Positions 13,165 to 27,526 of a stretch of DNA of 64,000 bases are shown here, piece by piece; position 1 is the first letter of the stretch; every line of letters begins with the position of its first letter. The DNA is from Yuukianura sp. NJ FZ-2021 (Eukaryota): NCBI GenBank assembly GCA_046563655.1, contig CM102290.1, positions 1,612,001 through 1,676,000 of the forward strand. Reading direction: 5' to 3'. Both the position numbers and the translations under genes were made by a program. The notes beneath the pieces were generated by a model. It worked only from the letters and a program-made list of their open reading frames with translations. It ran no database searches and had not been told where the DNA came from.

Positions 13165-14951
13165 GAGAGTAATTGCAAACTCAAATATAGAGCGAAATAT
13201 AGAATATAAATATAGATTCTATATTCATATTCTATATTTTGAAATATGGAACACCTACACTTATTGCACTCTGGTGAACATAAATATGGGAATATGTGTT
13301 TACTAAGAGATGGAGGGAATTTTAAATCTGGATCCCGAGTAAGTCTACATTCGGATATGTTTCAATTAAAGTTGCTGGTGTGAAGTAAGCACTCAAATTA
13401 TAATCGTTTCAAAAATGCCTAATTCAAAACTACTGAAAGCCTTTCTCCCCGATTTAATTAGTTTTGAAGATCTGATCCTTTATTCCCTTATTTATTCCCT
13501 TATTTAGTTGGAGAGAAAAGTGTAGCTTTTCGAATTGAGAAACGTGATGGATTTGGAAAAAAGTTGTATATTTATTTTTCAAATAAAAATTTGTATTTAT
13601 AAAATTCAAAAATTTTAAACAATTCTCATTCGCCCTTCCACTCAATCTTCATACTAAAATTAAAATTTTAACTTTTTGGAATTTGGAATTATGTTGATTA
13701 AAAAGAGTGATTTTCCTACTAAACTTTTAACTTTTTGGAATTTAGAATTATGTTGATTAAAAAGAGTGATTTTCCTACTAAACTTTTCACTTTTTGGAAT
13801 TTGAAATTATGTTGATTAAAAAGAGTGATTTTCCTACTAAACTTTTAACTTTTTGGAATTTAGAATTATGTTGATTAAAAAGAGTGATTTTCCTACTAAA
13901 CTTTTAACTTTTTGGAATTTAGAATTATGTTGATTAAAAAGAGTGATTTTCCTACTAAACTTTTCACTTTTTGGAATTTGAAATTATGTTGAATAAAAAG
14001 AGTGATTTTCCTACTAAACTTTTAACTTTTTGGAATTTAGAATTATGTTGATTAAAAAGAGTGATTTTCCTACTAAACTTTTAACTTTTTGGAATTTAGA
14101 ATTATGTTGATTAAAAAGAGTGATTTTCCTACTAAACTTTTAACTTTTTGGAATTTGGAATTATGTTGATTAAAAAGAGTGATTTTCCTACTAAACTTTT
14201 CACTTTTTGGAATTTGAAATTATGTTGAATAAAAAGAGTGATTTTCCTACTAAACTTTTAACTTTTTGGAATTTAGAATTATGTTGATTAAAAAGAGTGA
14301 TTTTCCTACTAAACTTTTAACTTTTTGGAATTTAGAATTATGTTGATTAAAAAGAGTGATTTTCCTACTAAACTTTTAACTTTTTGGAATTTGGAATAAT
14401 GTTGATTAAAAAGAGTGATTTTCCTACTAAACTTTTAACTTTTTGGAATTTGGAATTATGTTGATTAAAAAGAGTGATTTTCCTACTAAACTTTTAACTT
14501 TTTGGAATTTAGAATTATGTTGATTAAAAAGAGTGATTTTCCTACTAAACTTTTCACTTTTTGGAATTTGAAATTATGTTGATTAAAAAGAGTGATTTTC
14601 CTACTAAACTTTTAACTTTTTGGAATTTAGAATTATGTTGATTAAAAAGAGTGATTTTCCTACTAAACTTTTAACTTTTTGTAAATTGATCGATTAATTG
14701 AGCTGTAATTGACATCAAAATCAAAACAGACGTTCAAATGAAACGCAATAGTTGCATCAGAAAAGTTGATTAGCGCTGTTTTCCGTCTCAACTTCCCCGA
14801 GCAGTGAATTTTTTCTCCTATACTCTGTATTTCATATTTGAAATACAGAACTTTTCCATATCTCTCATAATCGCAAAATATAGAATATGGAGCGTTCCAT
14901 ATTCTATATCTATATTCTATATTTTCCATAATCTGAGTTGCAATAACTCTC
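13165..14951. mobile_element. TA-flanked element with ~75-bp imperfect TIRs that contains satellite array 2
   Basis: GAGAGTAATTGCAAACTCAAATATAG...AAATATAGAATATAAATATAGA at 13165 is mirrored by ...TCTATATCTATATTCTATATTTTCCATAATCTGAGTTGCAATAACTCTC ending at 14951; TA on both outer sides. Confidence 0.75.
13662..14681. repeat. 59-bp satellite, about 17 copies with recurrent variant monomers (array 2)
   Basis: Same unit and orientation as array 1; variants TTTGGA / TTTAGA / TTTTCAC+TTTGAA. Confidence 0.97.
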
Positions 14952-15610
14952 TATTATGCAATGTTGCGATTTTTTATGAGTATTTAATGAACTTATACAT
15001 GTAATAAACGTATCACTTAGAATTAATATTTTAATTGTGCATGTTCATGATTTAACTTCCACTGGACGACACAACAGATTGACCTTGATAATGGAATGTC
15101 GGCACATCCAGCCTCTGCAGACGGGTTTCTTAATGCCACGCGCTAAATGCACAGCAGTGCAGCGTATAGACTAACAGGACGCGCCCGCCGCCACAGGAAT
15201 TATGAAAAACGGCAAATAAATGAGAGGGAAAAAGCAGGGGGAAATGGGTCATCCATCGGTATCCGTGCAGATGAAAGGAGGAAGCTAAATTTGGGAAAAT
15301 TCTCGTCATAAAACAGCCGTTCATACAAACAAGGTATTTACTAATTACCTCAATTACTTAATTTGGAATTGCCGTGAATGGTCTGTACACTGGAACTATT
15401 ATAACGAGTATTATAACAAGATTATAACTACTATTATGTAGAAACCATGTCAATCTCTTTCTCTTCTGACTTGTATTTTAGGATATTCTGGAAGCATACC
15501 TTGCGGACTATCGGCAATAGGACAATCCAGGGAGGGCATTTCATCTGAGCAGTGGAGCCGAAAGTGCTCTTACCCTGTGGCCTTTGCTAACCACGTTGTA
15601 AATTACCGAA

Positions 15611-18600
15611 ATGGAGCGACGTTCTCGACGAAGTGGCGGGAAGACTGAAGTACTGGAAAAGCCTATTGCTAGAGGCAGACCGTCGATAAAGAAAACTCCA
15701 ATGAAGACTACGCCTATAGCAAAAGCTCCATCACCGGAACCAGAAGTTGTCCTGAACGCACGTGGAATGGTATGACAATACTACAATGAAAATCTGAATT
15801 ATGTTTCTGTTGTAAGTGAACATAGACAAATTGTCTTCTCCGGAATAATTTATACGTTTGGTTATCTTTTAGCCCGCACGTCAGAGAAAAAAGAATCGAT
15901 TTTATTATGATGAAGAAACGATGATCACGCCTGATACGATGGCAAGGTCGAAGTCTTTGAAGAAGATCAAAGCTGAACCAATTGAAGTTCCAGAGGACCA
16001 CGATGTGGAACTCTTCACTACCACACAATCACCATCACCTCATTCAGGATCACCCCCTCGGACTATAATATCTGCCCGTACGGTTCCAACGGTACGGGGT
16101 ACTGTGAAACCTCGTACAAACGCAACTCCTGGAACTGGAGTGCTCAAGCCGACTGCAGCACCACTATCAGCACCAACACCTTCGAATCGTGGCTACAAAG
16201 GGAAATCTCTTATATCTACACCTATTATTCCTTCTGTGGAGGAAAAACGTGGGAAACAAGGAATCAAACAAGGTGCTCGGCAACGGCCACTCAGTGAAGG
16301 AGCACCGACGTCACCGAAGAAACGACAACGTGGTAAGGCACTAATAAACAAAACCAAAGCGTTCCTTTTAACCTTCAAGGATTGGAATCTAATAAGTTGT
16401 GTTTTGATTTAGCTGTTCAATTTCCGTGTGACTTAATTCCGGCTACTGATGCAACCAAGGGGCTCGTCAAAGTTCGGCCAATCATGACTACTGGTGAAGG
16501 GAAAGAGGAGAAACAGAAACCAAAGGTAGACATACGTAAGAAACTCAAAGTGGCTGCAAAGGGTACAGAGGACTCTGAACCTTCAAAGAAACCGAAGATG
16601 CAGTTCATTCGAATCAAGCGTGAACCTGACATGTCACTCGGAACCCCTGAGCACGTTACCACACTAGAATACGAACAGGGATATCGTCAACGAGAACGCC
16701 GTGCATCCGAAAAGAATCGTCGTGAAGATTCAGAAACTAGAAAAACGACTGCTCGAATTGACGAACGATTACTGAAAGAAGATTATTCAGACGATTTGGT
16801 ATGCAAGTAATACATTACTGTAATCAATTTTCTGGAACAATAATTGTCAGTTGCTGATAATTTTTCTAACAGGCTCATTCAACTATTGTGAGAAGCCATT
16901 ATGCCCAAGGTACCAGCCTTCCTGGTTCATCTAAAGCAGCAACCAAGGCAGAACCAGAACAACGAGTAGGATTGGACAAAAAGACAGCACATGACATTAG
17001 TATCCGCCTTCGAAATCTACTCAAGTTACCCAAGGCTCACAAGTGGGTGTGTTACGAGTGGTTCTACAGCAATATCGACAAGTAAGATTTCTCACCTCAC
17101 CGTCAACCATTCTAAATTTTAGCAGTACAATTTTAACAATTTTTCATTTTTGAAATTTTTTTTTCAACGAATTTCAGAGTTTTGTTTGAGGGAGAAAACG
17201 ATTTCCAGATCTGCCTCAAGGAATCTTTTCCTCAACTCAAAGTTCGGAAAATGGCTCGAGCTCAGTGGTGTAAAGTTCGTCGTCTCATGGGAAAACCGAG
17301 ACGATGCTCCCAGTCATTTTTTGATGAGGAACGAGAAGAACTGATGCGTCGTCGTCAAAAGATTCGGATGATCCAACAGCGTAAATTGACAGACTTCAAC
17401 TACAAGGAACTTCCAGATGAAATCCCACTCCAACTTGTCATTGGCACCAAAGTGACTTCTCGTCTCCGAAAGCCTCAGGATGGACTCTTTACTGGAACAA
17501 TTGATGGGGTTGACACGTCCAACAATACGTATCGAATCACTTTCGATCGTCCTGGCTTAGGGACTCATTCTATCCCTGATTATGAAGTTCTGGTAAACGT
17601 TTTTCTGACGTTTTGAAAGGGATTTAAGATTTTTAACATTTTTTTCTTCCTCTTTTTTGTTTCTAGTCCAATGATCCGCCAGAAACTGTTTCCATATCCA
17701 CATTTGCTTTGAAGATTCCTCGACGGAACTTTTCCTTCGGTGGATTCAAATGTCGAAATCCGTTGCTCATGGGTGAAGAAGTTCCAGGCCTTCCAAAGTC
17801 TCCGTTCCCTGTTGATGGTATGTTGGGTGGATTTCCAGTTCGGCTGTTGGACATGATTGTAAGATTTTTAGAGTTAAAATTGTGAACTTTGTTAAGAAAA
17901 TGTATACGTTGAGCTTGTTTTTCATTTATAGGTTCGTCTATCGAAGCTGTTGAAAGGAAAGCGAGAGAAGATTATCCACTTGAAAGAGCTCAACGTTGAA
18001 GCAGAGAAGTTGCGGTCATATGGAAAGAATTTCAATGAGGATTTCCGTCTTCGTTATGCTCGGGTGGTGGTTGACCTGGAGTCAATGAACAAGCAAATGA
18101 GCTTGTACTTGGATGGGATTCAGCAGTATTGCCTTGAGGTTCGATTCTCTTTTATCATCAAACAATTGAAGTGCTGTTTTTTGCTATGCTGGGTTCTCTT
18201 TTGACACAGATCGCCCAGGATCATTGTTCATTCCAAATGGTGATTCCGGAGCATGTACAAGAATCATGTCGTCAGGAGGCAAGTCTCCTTGTGGACACAT
18301 TCAACACAAACAAGAACAGGAACATGGTTCATGGAAATAAGACTCTCCAACTCATCGCCGATATGGCCTCACTCTTGCTCCAAGTCAAGGTAAATTGGCT
18401 TGAAATATTTTATATTGCGTTTAAGTCAATTAGTTCACAAAATGTTGTTATTTGTTAGGTACTGTCTAGTGGAGATCGAAACGTCTATGAACTGAAGAGC
18501 ATCAAGGACACGATGAGTGACATGAAAGCTACGTTGGGTGGGAAAAATTTGCAGATCTTCCAAGATCGAGTGGAGATTCCAATGAATCGGATTCAAGCTG

Positions 18601-18626
18601 GACTCACTCTAACGGCTCACAAATGA
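15611..18626 (+). CDS. LIN9: LIN-9 / Mip130 (MuvB/DREAM subunit), about 9 exons
   Basis: LRNLLKLPKAHKWVCYEWFYSNID; DIRP domain FQICLKESFPQLKVRKMARAQWCKVRRLMGKPRRCSQSFFDEER; Tudor-like GLFTGTIDGVDTSNNTYRITFDRPGLGTHSIPDYEV; coiled coil; the ATG at 15611 is inferred. Confidence 0.94.
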
Positions 18627-19105
18627 AAAATGATGAATTTGTGGCTTTGATTTTCACTTTTCAAATTCCAATTTATTAGAAAGTTTTAGAATTTGGACTT
18701 TTGTAGATAGTTATTACTCACTTTTAAGAATACTGAACCAATAAATTACCGATTGTTGATTTATCCAGTAACTGTTGGGTTGCTGTCATTCAATACGTTG
18801 TTTCTGACAGAGAAGGTTTGCTACAGGTCAAAGGTTACGACAAATTGGTTTGAAAACAGTAAAGAATCGAGAAGTAAAAATTGAGACAGTAAGTTCATAA
18901 AGTTAAGCGGGAAGTTAATTGAATAATTTGCTAATTCTGGGTTGTGTGGCTGGACATGACAATGTCAAGCATGTCAAACGTGGATTAGATGAGAAGAGGA
19001 CTAATTGGACTGGAGTTCGGGTGAGACGTCCTGGATACTGCTGATTAACAAAATTTTGAGCAATATTCTGAATTTGTTTAGGATTTTAAGTCGTACGTTC
19101 GCCTT

Positions 19106-19283
19106 GGTTGGAGAGTAGCAATGGGGTCCGTTTTTCTTTTAGTGTGAGCTATGTTTATCAAATCAGGACACAGTGCACAGTCTGTGAGTTAGGTTAGGTT
19201 AGGTGTTGAAGGTGCACTGTGTCCTGATTTGATAACCTAACTCATACTAAAAGAAAAACGGACCACATTGCTACTCTCCAACC
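19106..19283. mobile_element. 178-bp hairpin MITE with ~73-bp arms, perfect 8-bp TSD (TTCGCCTT) and (TTAGG)3 in the loop
   Basis: GGTTGGAGAGTAGCAATG...GGACACAGTGCAC / GTGCACTGTGTCC...CATTGCTACTCTCCAACC; TTCGCCTT at 19098-19105 and 19284-19291. Confidence 0.93.
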
Positions 19284-19305
19284 TTCGCCTTTTACGCGGA
19301 GCAAA

Positions 19306-21913
<2,608 letters not shown>

Positions 21914-21974
21914 AGGTATACAAGTAGAGGTCATAGGTCAATTTCCACTTTCCTAATACCCTTTTTGTTTGTGT

Positions 21975-23755
21975 TTAGTTTGGAGCTCTTTGATTTGCAG
22001 TAGTACTTGACTGAGTCCGTTCTGCTCCTCCATGACATCGGAATGCTTCTGGCTTATTGAATACCCCATGAGGGGACTTGGGCGTAGGGGACACTCTAGC
22101 AGGTTGTTGTGACTGGACTGCTGCTGGTGACAAGTGATGAACGCTCAGGAAAGCCGACGTGGATGTGGCTCCACTGAGGCGCCGAATGTCAAATGTAGAG
22201 ATCGTCGTTTGTGTAGAAGATGACCGGCGTTGACGTCCCTCCAAGTAGTCCGACTCTACTTCTGAAAAACTGTCTCTTGGACCATGGACAGTGACTGTCG
22301 CTTGACTCAAGCTCAGGGCACAATTTTCATCATCTTCTTCCAGTCCAGTGTACACTGACATCGTACTCATCCGCCTGTTATCTCGTCCAGCAAAAGTAAA
22401 GACAGAGTCGGACCCCAGGGATGGACTTTCCACTTCTTCGTTTGGCAAGTTTTCACTGCTACTGTCGTCGGCAAACTTGAAATTTTCGGCATGAAGGAAG
22501 AGGAGCAGAGGGGACATGACGTCTGAGTCAGAGTCTCCTCCAGGACTACTACTGCCTAAAAGTCTCAGTGAGTCCACCTTGATGCTGCCAGGATTGGAAC
22601 TCTGGCCACCACCGATCATGTCACTGTGACTCGGTGAAATGCTGGGGGTGGGCTGAATAATGTGAATGTCAATTGGGTAGTTGACAATGGAGGAAGTGTC
22701 TTTTCTGTTTCTGTTGGTTCCGTTCCGTGGGGGGAGGTCCAGGGTGAGTCGGGGGGAGGGGGCAGTAGACCCCCCCTCGTCAGACCCACTACTGCTGGAG
22801 GTGTTGGAAGACTCTGGTAAATCAATTGGTGAGGTCAAGAGGAGTTCTGGACGATCTCCCCATGGGGGCGGAGTTCCCCGCACTATGAACAATGACGGTT
22901 GTTGCCCGGAAAAGTTCAGTGTTGGATTGGAATTGGAATTGGGTAGGGTGGGGTGAATGAGGGCTTGGCTTACCCTGTCCATACTCAGTACGGGAGTGGG
23001 GAGTTGCGAAGATTTTTTGCATTTGGATTTGTAGAGTAACGTTAGAAGGACGAGGAGAAAGAATCCACCAAGCGTCGCAGCGATTCTGACGCCGGTCATG
23101 AGGTCGTAGTGATTTTTGTAGTAGGCCATTCTCTCCTCGCGGAAACTTAGGACTGCTTCGGTGGGAGTCGGAATGAGTCCGGTGTTGGGTATTAGTGACG
23201 ATGATGATGATGAGGACGATGATGATGATGATGATGATGAAGGGGCATTGGCCAACTTCCCGCTGCTGTTCTAAAATTTCATTCCCATTTTACTTCAAAG
23301 GTTGGTTTGTTACAAGGTTTGTTGACTTTGATTTTCTTTAATAGGTTGAGTAATACCTTGTGTTATTTCGATTTTGCAAAAAATAAAGTGCTCTTTCATT
23401 TCCGGGCATCGTATCGTAGTCATAACAATACAGCCGAATTTTTTTAAATTTTACATACGAATTTTTTTTGGATTGGTGAAAAAAAATGAACAAAAAAAAA
23501 CAACATTTTTTTTTGTCAAACAGCGAGGTAGTACTCAACCTGTTGAAGAAAATTAACTTTTCGTTGTCAAGGAACCTTGGCTTGTTTTTTGGAAATTTCG
23601 TCATGGAAAGTTAGGTTAGCGTCGCTGGATTTGTTTTTGTTAAGGTTAGGTCGTACCTCATGCCTTAGTGATGAGTTGCTACCGATGATGCTGGCCGTAG
23701 AATTTGTACTGCCATGCTGTCCAACTCGTCCGGTCATCCGGGTCGTGGGCATCAT
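21975..23755 (-). CDS. Uncharacterised single-pass membrane protein with a long Ser/Pro-rich tail (2 coding exons: about 23755-23657 and 23270-21975)
   Basis: 426-codon open exon; TM segment YDLMTGVRIAATLGGFFLLVLLTLLYKSKCKK followed by a basic stop-transfer; in-frame phase-0 splice to an upstream exon; start codon uncertain. Confidence 0.75.
23197..23240. repeat. Imperfect (GAT)n microsatellite encoding poly-Ser on the minus strand
   Basis: GACGATGATGATGATGAGGACGATGATGATGATGATGATGA. Confidence 0.85.
23313..23579. mobile_element. CAAGG...CCTTG MITE copy
   Basis: Similar along its length to the 41886 and 51566 copies; flanks GTTTGTTA / GCTTGTTT. Confidence 0.85.
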
Positions 23756-26654
23756 CAGAGTGTGTGGATGAAGTGTCGCTCATCCTCATCCCTTGGCTGT
23801 CATCTGCTAAAGGAATGGCGACATCTTGGACCTCCCTCGACCAATCACTTCACTTCCTTCGCAGCACCATCTACCAATCACAGTTTCCAATTAAATTAGT
23901 CTCATCTAATTAACTAATTGAAGGCTCCCTAAGCTCCAACTGCCAAAATCCAAGTTCGTACTTATATGTTTTTGTCTGTTGCAAAAACAAATGCTTTGCA
24001 TCTTGACACATCTACGACTCTGGCTACTGTGTTTCTGTTTTCGTCTTGTTCAATTTTTTATGAACTTGAACCTTTGAACATTTTCAAAAAAAAAAGCACT
24101 TCATGGAATGATTTATGTCCACCTTGTTTTATATTTTCCCAGAAAGAAGTTGGTCGGAGTACGGCAGACGCGCAGGCTTATCAAAGGACTGCACCGATTT
24201 AAAAACAAAAATAATAAGTTTGCAACCGTAAAAAAAATATGCGTGACCTCTTCAACTTTGGCCAGCTTCGAAGAAGGTCAAGGTCACTTTTCAGCCGGCT
24301 TTGAACAGAAAAATGTTCAAGGTCAACCGATTTCAAATTCCGCTAAAGTTGAAACAAAAATAAAACGCTTGCGGATTTCACTTTTTTTGGAAAACCACAG
24401 TCAAAACCCGGGGTGTGATGATAACAAACAAAGCGAAAGTTTTTTTTTTCGAAATACGTTACGTTTTCAGAGTTAACGTTATAGATTTTTGTTGAGGTTG
24501 GGCATATGGACACCGTTGACGGTGAATCTTTCGACATGTTTGGATTGACGTTGGGAACGAAAAAAAAATCACTTCCGTTCAAAAGCCTACTGTTGTTTAC
24601 ACTAAAAAAGATTCCGCCAAACACACAAGCAGAGTTTAGCACCCATCCAGCATCTTCAAAACACCTTTTTTAAACAGCAAGAACATGATATGATGCTTGT
24701 GGCTTCACACTGTGTTCTTCGTTTTTTAATAACCACAAACCATAAGATTTCAAAAAAAAATTTTTAGTTCCGGTTCGACACAAAACAGCAGCGTTTTGAA
24801 GCGAGCTTTTTCTTTTGTTGTATTTTTTTTTCAATTTAACATTTTTTTTTCACGCCTTGACTTTAGTAACCACCGGCCTGTTTTTATTTGTCTTAGAATT
24901 TTTTTTAAAATTTGAATTCATCATAATTTTACAAGTCTTGAAGGTTGGTGATACATTGTTGCTTGAAAAAAAAAACTTTTTTCGTTGGTTGAAAAAAAGT
25001 TGTTTTTTCATTTGTTACACAATTAGAAAATGGTTTTGAAGTGTTAAAAAGTTTTTAGTAAAAACACGGTTCGAAAGTTTACACTTGCAGTTCTAGAGCG
25101 AGCGGAGGGAGTTTCACAAAAAATGAAAAGGAAAAACGAAAAAATTGTGGAATTGACGTCGACTGACAAACTCGCTGCAACTTTTTAGAGAAAAAGAAAC
25201 TTTTCTTTTTCTTCAAAAGTTAAAAAAAAATTCCAACTTTTGGTAACAAAAATCCTTCAAACCCAACTTTTTTCTCTTTTCTTAGTGGAGAAAGTCTGAA
25301 ACTGAGAATTTTCTTAAGATAGGCTAACTTAGCCCAATGACTAACTAAAGAACAAGTGATTAACCGAACTTGAAATTTTGAAAACTAAGTTTCAAAAAAT
25401 TCAAAAACTGAAAGTTTCAAAATTTCAAAAACTGACCTGAACTTGATGCATTGATGGCCACGGGACGTGGAACACTGTTGGAGTGACATTTTTTCCACAT
25501 CCGGGAAGAAAAGTAAAAGTGTGTCCTTGAAGGCGACGGTGAAAAGAGAGGTCTTTGGTCCTATGAATTATTGACTAACTTTTTAAGCAGTATGGGAATG
25601 CTTGCTGGAATTCTGGACACAATTAGTCATTCACTTCACAAACAAAACTTGTGATCACTTGACACTTTAACTATGTTGACCGTGTGAACTTTTAGTCTTT
25701 TTGGTAGCCTGAGGGGGGAAAAGACGCGGGGTGTGGACAATTTTTTTTTTGAATTTCGTTCGTCGTAAGTCGTAAAAAGCTGGGGACTTTTTCTCCAATT
25801 AAGGGAGCCTTTTTCACCTGGATTTTCCTGGAAGAGGTTGGCTCTGGAGGATAAGCTCCTCTCCAACACAGGCTCGTTTTTTTTTAGAAAAGTTGTCGTT
25901 TTTTTAAAAAAGAGAGAGAGAAAGAAGACGAATTGTGCCGTTATGTTGGTTTTACGCTGCTGCTGCTCCAGATTCTCCCTTCTTTCTCCTTCTGTCTCTT
26001 CCCTATAAACTTTTCCCTTCTTTTGACTCTAGTGGCGCGTGAGACTTGCGCTCTCAGGAGCGAGCGTAAGCAGCTACTAGACTACTGCTGGATAAAATCC
26101 ATTTTAATTCTTATAGTCTCCACTACTAAAAGTCGATCCACAAAGTATTACCTAGTTCCTGGATGGCCTCATAAAAGTAACTAACTTTCTCCTCTTAATC
26201 GGCGTCTCTTCCAAACCTAACATAAAGTCTTAAGCCTAACAACGAACCTAATATGTATAGCCTAACTTGCGTGTTTGAGAAGGAAAGAGAGGCCTAATGA
26301 GATAAAAGTACAGGGAAGAGGCTTTAGAAGATTAAGTTCCTCTAGAGAAAGTTTTCTCCTGCGATCTAATGATTTTGGTTATGGATGTTGATGTTTTCAG
26401 GTTAACTTTAAGTTTGTTTTTAGAAAAAAAAAGTTTTTCGGAACTAAAAGGTTTTTTTTTCTTTCATAAAAAGTTACTTTTGTCAAAAAATAAGAGATCA
26501 ATATCATGAATATATTGACGGTAGTCAAGTACAGCTTCACTTGCACTGTTGCTTTCTCCCGGTGAACGCAAAGTGACAAAGAATTTTCGTGGAGTCTGGA
26601 ATTCCAGCGCCTTTTTCTTTAGTAGGAGGTCATTAGCGCGAAAACAATAAGCAC

Positions 26655-26820
26655 GAATTCAGCAACTCACTTACTCACTATTGAATTCAGCAAAGTGGCA
26701 ACAGTGTAGCTGATACCAACTCGCTATTGAATTCAGCAAGGTGGCAACAGTGTAGCTGATACCCTCGTTATTGAATTCAGCAATGTGGCAACAGTGTCGC
26801 TGTTGCCAGCTTGCTATTGA
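26655..26820. repeat. About 3.5 copies of a ~43-bp minisatellite (CTATTGAATTCAGCAAGGTGGCAACAGTGTAGCTGATACC...)
   Basis: Read directly. Confidence 0.85.
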
Positions 26821-27526
26821 GTGGTAATTTTGGGAAAGTTATTAAGAATTGAGAAGTTGGAGCGTGATGAATTAGAAATTTCAAATTTTAGCAAATCGAA
26901 TTACTATCAAAATTTTGAAAATTGAGGAAAGGGGGATGATGAATGCGGTTCTTCAGAAAGTCATGATGGTGGTAAGGAACTTTTGAACTTTACCGCAAAT
27001 TAGCGTCTTGGCGGCATGCAAAAGGAAATTGCCTGTTGGGCGTTGAGATGTTTGTGGATTGAAAGCCGTTCATCATGTTTTTCTTGTGATTTAATCCAGG
27101 GAATGGAGAGACTTGCCAAATTAATTCGTGATGAACAGAGACGACAGTAATTGAACATGCGCAGGAATCGTCCAAACACGTCAAGGAATCAGTTTGTCCA
27201 TGGAAATTGAATTTTCGCGATAACTCCAATTCCGAGATTGCAATTACTAAAAATATTTTTAAACAAAAATGTCGACCGTCGATTAGTGAACTTGTAGAAA
27301 CAAAAATTCCTTTACTTTGTGAAATCTTGTGAAACAGACGATGTTGAGCATCAAAAATTGTTTAATCTTTCTTAGTTGACTTAATCGATGAAAGAGTTAG
27401 TTAACTTCATTAAAAAAAAATTTTTTTTCTTGGAAGTCTCTAGTTTTGTCACTTTTTTTTAAAGTGGAGGCACTTCTTCTCACCAAAAGTGTAGCACACT
27501 TTTAATTTTTTTAGGCGATTGAATTT

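Noticed and set aside
12164..14681. 59-bp arrays as CRISPR arrays
   Set aside because: Units are directly head to tail with no unique spacers, there are no cas genes, and the context is eukaryotic
14663..15004. Overlapping short ORFs on both strands
   Set aside because: They fall in the AT-rich TIR of the TA-flanked element and have no transposase motifs
26655..26820. 43-bp repeat as CRISPR or a coding repeat
   Set aside because: No variable spacers and no supported ORF; an ordinary minisatellite
23900..27300. Numerous 60-120 aa ORFs
   Set aside because: K/F/N-rich translations of A/T tracts; probably introns, UTR or upstream region of the membrane-protein gene
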